A stretch of 63,890 nucleotides of DNA, counting the filler, from Sluysia triapertura (taxonomy: Eukaryota): NCBI GenBank assembly GCA_046118255.1. It is 5 parts of 5 records of this genome, joined end to end, with 100 filler letters (N's around TTAATTAATTAA, not from the genome) between each part and the next. Parts side by side here need not be neighbours in the genome. Positions count along the whole stretch, not along the records: positions 40,475 to 52,898 come from JBJNIA010110756.1; positions 52,999 to 63,890 come from JBJNIA010191874.1; 3 more parts are not named here. One strand, given 5' to 3'. Below the pieces are notes generated by a model, which had not been told where the DNA came from, made no database searches, and was given only the letters and a program-made list of their open reading frames with translations. This document shows, piece after piece, positions 43,000 to 56,460 of this stretch. A program made the position numbers and the translations under genes. Within the stretch, counting starts at the first letter, position 1, and every line of letters starts with the position of its first letter.

Positions 43000-44151
43000 T
43001 TGCAATTATTACATTTTATTGGATTTATTTAAAAACTATACTAAAGTATATTATATTTTTTAATATTAAATATTTTTATTAAATAATATTAATTATTAAA
43101 TATTTTGTTAAACATTAACGTGACGATAATTATTTCAAAAAATTTTAATAATTCAAATCTTTTTAGTTGTTTTAATTTGATCTCTCAGGGTCAAGTTAAA
43201 ACAATATTTAAATGAAAATTTTTCAATATAAATTCATTCATTGTTTTATACTTTAAAAAAATCAAAGCAAGATAATCATCCAGTTTTTCAGAAAATAATT
43301 TTTAATCGACGATCTAAATGCTTGGAAAGAAATTTCATTATTATTAATTTTATTGTCATTGTCACGTTAGTATAATTATTTTTAAGTCTAGATAAATCTT
43401 TATCTTTAGTAAAATCTTAAGTAAAATATTTTGTAATAAATCTGGATCATATAACGATCCATGGTAAATTATTAAATCAAAATCAATACACAATATAACT
43501 AGTTACATCTAGTTAAAGCAAACTTTATTATTATTTATCTCTTTTTAAAGATTATTGTGTTAATAAATTTTTCATATATTGCTGTTTTTTCTAAATTTAA
43601 AATTTGCTAAAATAACTAATACGTTTTCACACGCTAGATTTTAACTCTAGCAGGTAATATTTCTTTTTAAATCAATCCCATATAACGGGATTTGGTAATA
43701 TTACGAAATTTAAACTATTTATTAACCAAATTTTAAAGAATATATATATTCTAGAAAAGAAGCTACATAATTAACATTAACTGATTTTAAGATAACTCCA
43801 GAAGTGAGATAGATATAAGATCGACTTTGTTAGGCAAACCTCGCACTTTATATAGTAAAATCCAACGGCTGGCCCTCACTGGTAAGTCCAGTACGTTGGT
43901 GAACTCACATTAAATTTTAAAATCTTCTTTTATTCTCATTCTCACAATTGTTATTATCTTCGATAATTTCCGCATTATTAATTAAGGTAACATTAGGTTT
44001 GTAGAAGTTTTTATATTTAACAATATATATGTTATTATCAGCATTAACATTAGCAGAAAACCCTTCTTCTAATTAGATATAAGAAATTCCCAATTTGTTG
44101 CATTAGTAAAGTCAATAACTCCAAATCCATTTTCTTTAACATTACTGACAT
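43000..44151 (-). pseudogene. decayed cargo ORF of copy D1
   Basis: ATG at 44151, ~110 bp from the hairpins. Broken frames include DLIIYHGSLYDPDLLQNIL. Homologous to 15400-16700. Confidence 0.45.
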
Positions 44152-44261
44152 GGATAAATTTTTTGTGTTTCTATTTTTACAAAGCTATTAAATTTTTTGA
44201 AAAATAATTTATGAAAAATTTTTACCTATTAAAATTTTTGTACTACAACATCAACCTAATT

Positions 44262-45080
44262 GTCCATCCAACCAGAAGACGTATAAAATTAATGATCAGA
44301 ATAACTCTGATTGGACGACCACTATTAAATATTACAAACTAATTAATTGAACGATGAATCACCATCAATGTTGACGTGAATTTATATACAGTAATCAGTA
44401 ATGTCAACATTGATGGTGGTAGTTACTGATTTACAAAGTACATAAAATTAATAAAGATGTTAATATTAACAATAACAATACTAATATTATTATTATCAAT
44501 ATTAATTAAAAATAAAATATATAAAATACATAAATTCTTTGTGGAAAGGTCTGTACATAAACTTTCTTTGATAATCTTTAATTTCTCAACTTATTTAAAG
44601 TTAGAGGTAAAGAAGGAACATGATATTTTATGATTGACTTTCAAGTTTTGATGCTACATCATCCTTGTGTTAAAATAGTATTACAAGCTGAAATGCTATT
44701 GAAATGTAATTGATTGAGGCCTAAATACCTTAGAATATTATTCTTGTGTTTTGAGATGAGAGATACAATGCTTTAGATATGGGGTTATGAGTTTGAATTG
44801 TGACGAGTAATGTCTTAAAAGACACCATTTTATGGGTGTTGTTATTGTTGAGGCGAGTGTTGAATAGTAGTTTGGAAGAAGTTTTAAAACTAAAGTTTTA
44901 AACTTAATACTTATCTTTAAGGTATAAGCTGGATTTGAGGACGTATTATTATTTTTATTATGAATATTCAGATTAAATAATATCTTATAATAAATTTTAG
45001 AGTTTCTCAAATAACAATATATATTAAACCTATATTTGAGGTTATTTTTTACAATATAATTAGTTTTTATACCATTGATT
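44262..45080. mobile_element. LTR-like hairpin-cassette copy D1
   Basis: Hairpins 44265-44317 and 44360-44418 (perfect 16-bp arms caccatcaatgttgac/gtcaacattgatggtg), conserved motif at ~44522-44570, and a GT-rich tract. Confidence 0.8.
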
Positions 45081-45227
45081 AAGGTTCTAATAAAAAAATA
45101 TAAACTAAAATTAAGATCCTATTACAAATAAAAATGTGAATATGATTTTTAATTTGCCAAATTTTGATGAATTTGAAAAAAAGAGTAACTGCACCACAAC
45201 GACCATTATACTCGATTCGCCGCCATT

Positions 45228-46460
45228 TCACGATCCTATAATTTTCTTGATTAGAGAATTGATGTTCAATAAAAATTCATAAAAATTGTCTGCGACCGTA
45301 CCTGTGTCTTTCAGTAATGACAAGATATATTGATGACTTCCTTGTATAGTTGTAGTCTTCAGTTCATAATCGTATCCTGTTTCATCTATCAATATGTAGG
45401 TCATACCAGGATGACTCAAAATCGATTGGACCACAATTTGACTAACTCGAAATAAGTTTAGTATTCGGTCGAACAAATTACTGGAAACTACTCGTAATAA
45501 ATATCGACTTATATTCTGATTGACTGCATTAATGTAGTGGTTATCATGTTCAGCTTCGACTAATTTGCGAAGGTCTGTCAGCATATTTCCAACTTTATCA
45601 AATACGAAATCATTATTCTTGAATAGTCTACCTTTTACTGTTGGAGTTTTAATTAAAGTGGATTTTATTCTTAAATGCAAAAATTCATATTGATGTAGCA
45701 ATAATTTAATTATCGGATCAATGGAACTCATTTTTAATGTCACATTTGAATATTGACTACATCGCATTAAACTAGACCCATTTCTTTCATGATAATATGC
45801 TAAAACTGAAAAACGATTATTAACATGCATTCTGGATGATATAAAAATATTTTCATGACTAACACAAAATGGAATCATAACATATTTACCATAATTGTAA
45901 TTATTAGACCATAACGATTTTGGAAGGTGGGCCCACTTTCCTGATATTAGAGATTTTAAGAATTCATGTTTTGGTTTAAATAGATTCCAACAATTTATAT
46001 TAATCCTGAAAGTTGAATATAAATTGAATACAAATTGAACACAATTGAATACAAATCATCTATCTTATCGCTGTTGATAGCCTTATTTAAAATTAATATT
46101 AGATTGTTTAATTCTTCACATAACTTCTTTGATAAATCCTAACTGTATACTTTAAAATCTTTAGTTCTTGACATAACCGTAAAATCGTTAACAATTTTTA
46201 CACTATCAATAGTTCGCAATAGCGAAGAAAATTCTTTATCTTTTTGTTCTGTATCAATTATCATCATATAATGAATAGAATGACATAAAACGCCAGTTAA
46301 GACATGCGTTGAAAACTGCATTAATCTTGAATCAATATTAATGCATGGTGTAATAAAATCATTATTCATTTTAACATTTGAGTCCAAAGAAAATCTTAAT
46401 TTTAATTTTTTTGGTTTGTATACAAAATTGCTAATTGTATCAGCAAATTTTCACTGTCTA
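45228..46460 (-). pseudogene. intronless myotubularin-related (MTMR9-like) pseudophosphatase cargo of copy D2
   Basis: PH-GRAM-like GVLCHSIHYMMII...LLRTIDSVK...TKDFKVY, then CWNLFKPKHEF, RFSVLAYYHERNGSSLMRCSQ and a Cys-less P-loop region GMTYILIDETGYDYEL, all in myotubularin order. One stop at 46139 and one frameshift at ~46030. Confidence 0.8.
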
Positions 46461-46538
46461 TATTTTTTAATTTTTTGTCTGGAAAAAATTTTGGTTCTAG
46501 CCACAATACTAGTATAATATAGTCTCTAATTCTGTCTG

Positions 46539-47677
46539 CCCAATCAGAGTATTTTCAATGATGTTCAGCACTAATCTCTGATTGGGTCATAAATAAATTG
46601 ATAAAAATTAATTTTTACTACTGACCGTCATCACTAGTGTCATTGAAATGACATTTTTTAGTTACATAAAGAGTACTGATGACGGTAGCAACTATTAGAT
46701 TAAATTTTTAAAATTAAAATTTAATATATAATTAATGACAATATTAACAATAACAATAATAACAGGAATAATAATAATAATAATAATAATAACAATGTGA
46801 TTATTGTCATTATTATTATTGTTAACAATTAAAATTTACATGAATCTTTTGTACAATATTCCACACGATCTTTTTCTTTGTATTTTTGTCTTTATATATA
46901 TACATGAGATAAAAAGGAATAAGACAAATGTTGTACTGTGAAGGAACAACAATAACTAAGTATATAATGCATCATTTGTAGTTGTTGCTTCACAGTATGA
47001 TAATGAAATCTTTAAAGTTATTTAAGATTTGTTTTGAAAGATGTAATGGTTTAGGTTGTAAGTAAAATGAAGAATGTTAGAATAGTTTATTGAAACTTAT
47101 TGAAGATTCATAGTTTGAAAACAAGATTTATGCATTGGATAGAATGGTTTGAAATACTTAATGAAAGGTTGAAGTTATTTTAATTTTAAAAGATGCTTAC
47201 AAAATAAATTTTAATATATTATTATGTTATTGCGAATAATTGTGAATAATGAATATGTGTATATGAAGTGGAATTAGGTTGGTGTTGTTGATTAAGGTTT
47301 TAGATGGAAATGATGTATGTTTCTAAGGTACTTGTTGACGTTGTTGAATAATGCTGTTATGTTTATGGTTTGTGAAGTTTATATTGTGATTGTGGTTTGT
47401 TTGTTGAAATATTTTATGAATGAATGTTGTGAATTATTCGAGGTTAAATGTCGAAGTTTGTTGTGTTGTGGATGGTTGAAATGTTAGTTGCATTGTTGAT
47501 ATATGTGAGTTGATGAGGTGTTGTAATTATTGAATGTTATTTTATGGTGTTTGTGTTGGTGAAGTTCGATAGTAAAAAGTGTGATTATTTTAAAATTTGA
47601 ATTTTAGTGAAATTTAGTTTGTGAATATTATATGTAAAATTTTGATTAATTTTAAATTATGAGTGTTGGCCACTACA
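46539..47677. mobile_element. LTR-like hairpin-cassette copy D2
   Basis: Hairpins 46539-46586 (cccaatcagag/ctctgattggg) and 46624-46686 (accgtcatca/tgatgacggt). Motif at 46830-46880. GT-rich tract ending gttggccactaCA at 47677. Confidence 0.8.
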
Positions 47678-48699
47678 ATCTTAAGTGGCTGAGTTTTTCT
47701 TTTATTTTCTTAATATTCCCATCTTTCAGTAGCTGGAATACACGAAAAATAAAGTTATTCGATATTATTTAAGTTTTGGTAGAAATTTAAATTATATAAT
47801 GTTAAATAGATTATTGACAAATATAAATTAAAAATTGATTATAAAGAAATGAAATTTAAATAAAATAAATAAATTTTATTACATTATTACTATTATCATT
47901 ATTATTATCAATATTATTATTATGACTATTATTATCATTATCATTATCATTAATTAAAAAATTAATTTTAAAGAAATAAAATTTAAATAAAGTAAATAAA
48001 TTTTATTACATTCTTACTAATTATTATTATTATTATTATTACTAATTATTATTATCATTATTGTCACTATTATTATCATNNNNNNNNNNNNNNNNNNNNN
48101 NNNNNNNNNNNNNNNNNNNNNNNNNNNNNNNNNNNNNNNNNNNNNNNNNNNNNNNNNNNNNNNNNNNNNNNNNNNNNNNNNNNNNNNNNNNNNNNNNNNN
48201 NNNNNNNNNNNNNNNNNNNNNNNNNNNNNNNNNNNNNNNNNNNNNNNNNNNNNNNNNNNNTTATATTATTATCACTATCATTATTAATAGTATTATTATC
48301 ATTATTATTATCATTATTATTATCATTATTATTATCATTATATTATTATTATTATTTTAATTTAGATTTTTCTTCAAACACAGATGGTCTTCCTTTTTAA
48401 TTCTATTAGTCTTAATATTTATTTATGTATTACTTCATAATTCAAACCTGAAATTCCATTTTGAATATGAAAGGATCAAGAAATTCGAAACTGATTATTC
48501 TCGTGATTTTCGTATTTCAGATATAATTGAAACATATGAAGAAGTAAATTATATTTATTGTTATCAAATATAATTAATTATTAATTATTAAATTATTAAA
48601 TTATAAATTCATTGTTATTTCTTTTGTTCAACTGAATTTCTGTAAATTCTTATATCATTTGATTATCCAATTTGTTTATATCAATTATTTACCTACCTT

Positions 48700-50110
48700 A
48701 GATACATCGATGGTGCATTTCGGCAGTTCTAAACTTAGATACTCTTGTCAGGTAAAAATTTTATTTACTTGAACCTGATCTATGTGCTTGGACAACCTGT
48801 TCGGATCTATGCGACACAACATATCTTATCGGAGATACATAAGCAACGCTCTCCGATTAGTTAAGCTAAGCGAAAAAGACATGAAGGTCGAAGATTAAAT
48901 ATCACAGCGACAGTTTCCGTTAGATTAAATTGGCTTTGTGTTTTACTACAACCTTGTATATGTCTGCAGTGTCGGTTATGAGAAATAATTAGAAAAATTA
49001 ACCGAAGCAAGTTCGGGCAGAGAAAAGTTTCTACCAGAAGATGAGGAAGATGAGAGGACAAAGATGAACGTGAAAGGCAGTGTAACGGCTCATGATGGGA
49101 CTCTTTGATATCGAATCAAAGAAGTGCAGGTGCAATGTCTGATAAAGCCATATCTGCACAAAAGCAGAAGCCTTGCTAGTTTTGAAGTGGGACAATGGGA
49201 TCTGCCTATTCCAAAATTATATGCTTTCATCGGAATTTTATCAGGCCAAAAATTGACCATTTTCGCACCTGTGGAATTCGAAATGGGGACCTTTCTTCTT
49301 TTTGAATGCTATGAAAAACTGAGATATCGCCGATTCGATAAGAGAATACAACGAATCCAAGGTCTGAATGTGAACAAATTCGCTCTAATTTCAAGCTTAT
49401 GGAACAAGTTCGTTAAAAATAGTCAATTTTATTACAAGCCAGACGCGGATCTAAGCACGGATGAGCAAATATTTTCCACGAATTTACTCAATATATGCCA
49501 AATAAACCTGACAAATTTGGAATCAAAAACCAAATATGTTATCAAATGGTTTCCATAGTTAGGACAAGATGAAAGGACACTAAGGGAATTTGCCTAACTT
49601 TTTACCGACGGACAAAAATGTTGGCTACAAAACGGACATTAGTCTGAACAATACGTACGAGCAGAAAAGAATTTTGCACACTTCCGAAAACGATAGAAGG
49701 TAGTTTGAAACTTTTTTCTACATTTTTAAAGTCAAAATCAAAAATAACCCCAAACAATCAGTTATTATAATAAAACCGAATTTGGCGTCGATATGGTTGA
49801 TTAAATGGCACGAAAATTTAGCATCAAATCCAAATGAAATATTTTTGATGGAATTAATGTTTGAATAAACAATTTGGTTGAAGATATCAAAGTAGTTAGC
49901 AGAGGAGCTCGTGACAGAGTACCACGAATATCGTGAAGAAAAAAACCAACAAGAAGGAACATCAAATAGCTCCAACAATCACAGAAAAAATGTCGTCAAA
50001 TAAGATTGTGCATAGGCAATAAAACAACCCAAACTTGTATAATTTGTAAAAGATTTGACTGCTGAAAATGTATGAATGAGAAACCAATTATCTGTAAAAA
50101 ATGTAATTAA
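48700..50110 (+). mobile_element. piggyBac transposase remnant
   Basis: RFD...KFALISSLWNKFVKNSQFYYKPDADLSTDEQ, YMPNKPDKFGIK, and a C-terminal Cys-rich domain (LCIGNKTTQTCIICKR...CKKC). Confidence 0.9.
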
Positions 50111-50249
50111 TTGATTATTTTATTTATAGAAATAAAATACGATTATTATTTCATTAGAAATCAGACATTATGTTGCAAAGTATTTCCTATAATAAATGTA
50201 GGAATTTCTTTCTAAAAATCGACATTTATTTCATAATGAATCATGTGAT

Positions 50250-50531
50250 CCCTCATATGTTTGTCTGTACTCCATAGATTCAAAAACTATACATCCAATC
50301 GCCGTGAAAATTTGGGAAATTATTAGTTATATCCCCGGGAAGGTTTTTGAAAATTTTTTAAATCAGAGTTGGTGCAACCATGGTAACCATGTTTTGTATG
50401 GATAATTTTATTATTAAATTTCATTTTGATGTAGTGTATACATTTGATCATTAATAAATTATGTTTGATGTATCAAAACTGCCTTTTTGTTCAGATTTTT
50501 AACTCAGCAACGCCTGAACTGGTATGGCTAG
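50250..50531 (+). mobile_element. probable non-autonomous Helitron-like element
   Basis: 5' tgtttgtctgt...caaaaacta..catccaatcg..gtgaaaatttgg pattern, and a GC-rich subterminal segment ending CTAG|T at 50531. Confidence 0.45.
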
Positions 50532-50792
50532 TTATAAAATAAAAGATATACTTTCAAATAAAAATAAAAAAAATATTTTATTGTGATTAAAAATAAAATG
50601 AATTTAATTATTTTTAATTATCAAATATACTAATAAATTTTCCTACCAGGAAAGTTGAAGCAGATAATATTTTAAAATCGCTCTAGGATGAATAAAAGAT
50701 TTACAAAATTAATTTTCCCTTTTCTGTGGGATACTGTTTAAACCAAAATTTTCTAAAAAGTATTAATACAAATACAAATCTTATAATTTCAG

Positions 50793-51178
50793 ACTGAATT
50801 TCCAATAGCATATATTATTGTATTTTACAAACAATCACACCAATTTCTTCGTTTATTCCAAGCCATTTATCGTCCATGGAATGTACACTGTATTCACGTA
50901 GATGCCAAATCGGATGTACAAAATATAAAATTAGCTAAACGAATAGTTAAAACATTTTCTAATGTAATATTACCAGAACGATTTATAAATGTGTATTATT
51001 CAAAAATGAGTGTATTGGAACAAGAATTGATTTGTATGAGAGCTTTATTGAAATACACTAAAGTAAAGTGGAAATACGTTATTAACTTAACTGGAGAAGA
51101 ATGGCCGTTGAAGACAAATTTAGAATTGGTACGAATTTTAAAAATAATTAACGGTTCTAATTTGACTGAAAAGTTACA
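50793..51178 (+). CDS. exon of a core-2/I-branching beta-1,6-N-acetylglucosaminyltransferase (GT14)
   Basis: After tttcag: EFPIAYII..RLFQAIYRPWNVHCIHVDAKS...SVLEQELICMRALL...WKYVINLTGEEWPLKTNLELVRILK. The 3' donor position is approximate. Confidence 0.92.
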
Positions 51179-52142
51179 GTTAGTCTATTGGTATTATCAT
51201 TACGTACAAAATAAATGTTAGGGACCCCACCTGTAGTCTAGATTTATCTATAGGATGTTTCTGAATATAGGTTAAACTAAACTTACTATTACTATTATTA
51301 TTATTATTACTATTACTATTATTATTATTATCATTATTATTATTATATTCAAAATAAAATAAAACAAAAAAATTACAATTAGTAATAAAACTATTATATT
51401 TATATACTAAGTAATAATGATAATAAAATATACTGCATCTGTTCCAAAATATGATATACATTTCTAAAATGCTTATCTAAAAAAATGTTTCTTTTTTAAA
51501 GACATATTTTTCAGGTTTAATTTTCATATACAACCAAAAAATTAATCCGCAATTTGAATATATTTAAATTTAAGGTAATTTGAATATCATCCATTATGTC
51601 TGAATATGAGAGTGATATTAATAACGAAGATGAGTTGACGAAAACATATTTTTAGTAACCCTGTTATGTAATGAAGAAGTAATAAAAGTAATTTTTGAAT
51701 GTTAACATTTGTGACAAATCCTAGTATTTAATTAAACTGAGAATTAAAGTCTATTAAATCCATATTTTGGAACAAAGTAAGAAAAACCTGTCATTATTGT
51801 TAATTTTTTATTTTAATGAGATTTTATTGCTAACATTAAATTAACATTAAAAATTAGATAATTTATATGTAACCAATTTCTTTAAGATAGAGTAACTTAC
51901 GAAATCTTGCTACAAGATAATGGATTGGATTCATAATGTAGTAAACTGAAATTTGTTTCGTACGAATGATACATGTCTTATCCAAGATAAAGATAATCTT
52001 GCATAAATAAACGTTTGTTAAAATCGTTCATATTTGATTTATGATTCAAATAATTGTTTTCAAAGAATAAAGGTTTGTTAGAAGAATCGTTTAAGTTTGT
52101 GTTTTGTAGTGACAATTTTAATTTTTGTTCTTAGTATTTATC

Positions 52143-52456
52143 CAGTGGTGGACTAAGGCTAAAGTGTGCCCTAGGCAACATTGTAATTCCGGGCCTATTT
52201 TTCAGTCATGATTTTTTAAACACATGCATAGTAAAGGCTCGATCGTATTTACACTTGTGGGTGTGGATGCATAAGCACGGGAACGCTCGTCAACACTTGT
52301 AGACTTCATTAATCAACGATTCGACATAATTTGGATAGGTTTCATCAATAATTATGAATATTACACTTTTCTATTAAATAAAAATTAAAAACTTAATTTT
52401 CGGGTCCCAAAAAATTACGGGCTCAAGGCACATGCCTAGACCTTAGTCCGCTATTG
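52143..52456. mobile_element. hAT-type MITE
   Basis: TIRs cagtggtggactaagg / ccttagtccgctattg, with an 8-bp TSD tatttatc / tatttata (7 of 8 match). Confidence 0.75.
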
Positions 52457-53118
52457 TATTTATACGCAAATCGTTGAGTGTTATTTGTTTTTCAATTAAA
52501 TGTTAGTATTTGAATTATTATCATTATTTTCGATTTGCGATGAGACTTGTGCTGCCGTGAGTGGTCTGACAGTAAAAATTATTTTTGTAAATTTTATTTC
52601 AAATTTTAATAATGATAAATTGCTCAAGTTTATCATAATATTTAAATCAATAAAACAATTTGATAATTTTATCATATTTCTTATTAAGAAAATAATTTCA
52701 AAATAAAAACCACGTTAGCATCACTTTTAAAAATACTATTGAACAATTTAGGCTATTTAATATGTAATAAAATAAGATAAAAAGTAGAGTTTTCAACCGT
52801 CCCGGTTTTTCCATGTTCTTTAACTGATTCAAAATATATTTATCCGGCGCCAATAAACTTGCGAAAAAAATTTTGAAAACATATTTGATGCGTCATACNN
52901 NNNNNNNNNNNNNNNNNNNNNNNNNNNNNNNNNNNNNNNNNNTTAATTAATTAANNNNNNNNNNNNNNNNNNNNNNNNNNNNNNNNNNNNNNNNNNNNAT
53001 TATTTGGTTTTTGCTTTTAATTTGATTTTCTTTTTAAAACATTTAATTTTAGAAAGAATAATTATTATTATTAGTTATTAAGAAAATTATTGATATTTGA
53101 TATGGAGAGTATATAAAC

Positions 53119-53277
53119 TGTTAGACTTCGTAAAATGGACTAACCGGGGATCGAACCCGGGACCATCGCTGCGCAGTTCGAATGCTCTACCATTGAGCTA
53201 TCAGCCCGTCTAACAATTTCATTTTCAATATATTCAATTATACTACTTGGCACTTTTTAGGCCTTTTTTACCCAACA
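53119..53277. mobile_element. 159-bp TG..CA solo-LTR-like element containing a tRNA-Ala-derived sequence, copy 1
   Basis: Ends TGTT...AACA with a 4-bp TSD aaac/aaac. Near-identical to 58903-59063. Confidence 0.85.
53136..53207 (-). tRNA. tRNA-Ala(TGC)-derived pseudo-tRNA
   Basis: GGGCTGA TA GCTC AATGGTA GAGC A ... TGC ... CCGGG TTCGATC CCCGG TTAGTCC A. A and B boxes are intact, with a G3:U70 pair and discriminator A. The anticodon stem is mispaired. Confidence 0.7.
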
Positions 53278-54882
53278 AAACAATTGATTTATTTTTGGAG
53301 TTAATTAAATTAATATCTATTTAATTTAAATAATATTTTGAAAGATAACTCAACAAACATGGACAACATAAAAATTTAAAAGTAAACAGAATAATAATTA
53401 CGATACAATTTTTATTGAAAGATGTTTTCTCAAACAAAATTTGTTCAATTAATTTGTTTATTACACAATTTTGATGTACATTTATCGGATTACAATCATG
53501 AGTGAATTGGGTGGTTTAGAATATTTTTATGATCATTATGTTTCAATAACACGTATGCAAAAAATATTTATTTTTACATCGTACATGTCAATTAAAGATG
53601 TTTATAAAAAGTATCATACTCGACTTTGATGAGATAGATAATTTAAAAATTAGTTATATTGTTCACGGCAAGCAAATAAAAGATAGTAGATCAAAAATGG
53701 ATGTGGTGTATTGAATTATTGTCAAGACCAGAATGATTATCCAGTAAATATAAAAATTGGTAAGCCAAAGTTAACTACAAATGAAAAATTAATTTTAGTT
53801 AGTAAGTTTCATGAATTGATTGAAGTATCACCGAAAATTATAAGCCTTTTGAATCATAGAAGTAATAAAATTTATGTTAGAGTAGTGCAAGTAAAAAAAC
53901 ATTAGTACAAACAGTCTGACTGAACGATTCTATACACCTCAATCTAAACAATTTAGTTTAAATCATGTTTATTCTTCGAACTATAAACTGACGAAGGAAA
54001 ATACTAGTATTCAAAGATTAATTACAACAGTTGATGATCAAGTTATATAAATTTTTATTAATATATTTTTAGCTTTTCACCAATTAGTTATTACAAATAT
54101 AGTAGATGTTGTGACAAATATAGTAAGATCATTAAAGACAGACGTGTCAATTGATAAGTTTTTCTCTAGTGGTTCTAAACCTTTTCATATAAATCCACAG
54201 AGTTATTCTAATGAAGACAAACACTACAAGGATGCTATTTGTTTACATGAAACTGCACCAACTGGTGAATGTTCAAAATATGGTAAAAAAGTCAATATTG
54301 TCACAGATTCTACGAATTCAAAGATAGTCTCGGTATCCAACAGATTTTAACGAATACTATGATCGAATAAATGCTCTTTTATCAAGTTTGGCAATGATAC
54401 CATTTGATATCAGTTATTCAAAAAGATTCTAAAGTAATTTTTCAATTTATTTTTATTTATGCTGATATGAATCAATTATCATATTTGTATTTCTTTAGTA
54501 ATGTCTTCAAATATTTCTCATGGCATATTCAGAATTGTCAAAACAGTTTAATAGAAAAGTTAACTTATGTTTAGATTTGATAAAAATAAATAAGTTTAAT
54601 TCTTGTCTTCACCTTTTAGTAGATCTCCAAAAATTTGAATTTAATTCAATAATAATGATTTTAATAAAATATAATATAAAAATAAATTTCAATTTTCGAA
54701 TTTGATTTTTAATAAAATTAAGTTAACATCATTAATGAAAATTTTAAAAATACAATACGATTACAATAAAATTGTTAAGTAACAATAACTTCAAAGGAAG
54801 ACCTAACACTAAATTCTAAAGATAAATCACTTAGTATTTTGATAAGTAAAATTGTGTAGGAATATTTCTTGTAAAAAGTACT

Positions 54883-55150
54883 TTAACAAAAATTACGCAG
54901 GGATTTTCTTCTAAAAATGTCTCTCAAATATCTAAAATCAAATGTTATTTTAACCAAAATTACGTAGGGATTTTTCCACTAAAAATATCTTTTAAATATC
55001 TGAAAATCAAATGTTATTTTAACAAAATGTCTTTTAAATAGCTAAAAATCAAATGTTATTTTAACCACAATAGGGACTTTCCTCTAAAAAGGTCGTTTAA
55101 ATGTATAAATATCAAATGTTATTCTAATAAAAATTACGTTGGTATTTTCT
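54883..55150. repeat. imperfect tandem repeat, ~65-bp unit, about four copies
   Basis: Recurrent aaaatcaaatgttattttaac.aaaattacg.agggattttt. Confidence 0.8.
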
Positions 55151-55284
55151 ATTAAATCACCTTAATAAAAACTTTAAACAAATTTTACTAGAATTGACAA
55201 AATATTATTAAAATTACAGCAAAATTGATTATATTATTTTAATAAAATAATAAAATAAAAATAAATGAAAACTTAAAAATGTTA

Positions 55285-56460
55285 CCCTGTGCATGGATCT
55301 TCATTTGTTGACAACCTTGATATCGTTGCGGAGTGATATTACTATTGTGCGTAAAAATTTTAAATTCTTTATACTTTCTCATCATCCAATCAATTCACAA
55401 TCTCACAACAAAACACACTCTCATACCAATCATCCAAACCTCTTTGAGAATCAAACCGACAATAACAACTTTGACAACTACATGGCACGGTCTGTCAAAC
55501 TTTATTAGGGACAAAACATAAAAATCTGATTTATTATCAACTATCATTTCCTTTTACTCTACTCAGTCTATTTTTACTTAAATTACTCCTCACATTAAAA
55601 TAACAATCATCAATACTGTCAACATACATTAAAATAATGAATTTAATTTTCTATTTTTCACACCCAATTTTCTAATGAAAAATGTTTTAAGGTTTCTATT
55701 CTCAAACGAACCATTTTACAAACATTTCGAGTTCACTCATACATTCTCCTTTTTCATAGCAATCATCTCATATTCGATTCATCACATTTGCATCACTCTA
55801 AATATTAAAAATTCAGCATTCCATAATTAAAAATTAATTAAAATTTGACTTTGCTCAATATTAAAGCTTTTCTTGCATGAACTCGGTCAAACCATACCTT
55901 CATCGAAAGGTCTTTTCAAAACAAATACATACGCTATTTTAAGTTTCACATAGAATTCGCATTCAAGTTATTCACTTTTTGTGAATAATTTTTTCTTAAT
56001 TAAGTTAATTAAGATTTTTAATTAATTAATCTATCTTTAGACTTAATTTTATTTTATGTTTAAAGTCTATTTTGTAATATAAAAGGCATTCAGGAGGCTC
56101 TAGATGTTTTTAACTTCTAGATGTTTTTCTACTTCTTCATGTTAATTATTATCATACTAGATTTATTTTTAATACCAATAACAATGATTTTATTTGTCAA
56201 ATATTTTAAAGATTTTAAATACCTTATAAGATTACTTGAAGACCTTAGATGATTATCACAGTTTAAAGAATACTTAAAGGTTAATAAAGTCTCAGACGAC
56301 CTCAAGATTCACAATCTCAAAGGTACTTTAATGCCTTCCAAGGTTTTCCAAGTCCACTTCAAGCTTCCACGATGTCTCAACACCTCATATAGGTCATTGA
56401 AACTCTAAGGTATGCACATTACTATAGATGCTTTCATTTTCATGATTCTTATTTCAACAA
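55285..56460 (-). repeat. repeat family 2, copy 3
   Basis: Reverse complement is colinear with 26060-27180. Confidence 0.85.

Noticed and set aside
20596-48360. Poly-Ile ORFs (20596, 25789, 48061) and most 60-90 aa ORFs in the track
   Set aside because: They are translations of ATT/ATC microsatellites, N runs or AT-rich noncoding DNA.
11986-52998. Four identical TTAATTAATTAA palindromes inside N runs
   Set aside because: Assembly linker (stops in all six frames, fixed 100-bp spacer), not biology.
53136-53207. Functional tRNA-Ala gene
   Set aside because: The anticodon stem is mispaired, the two copies differ there, and both lie inside a TSD-flanked mobile unit.
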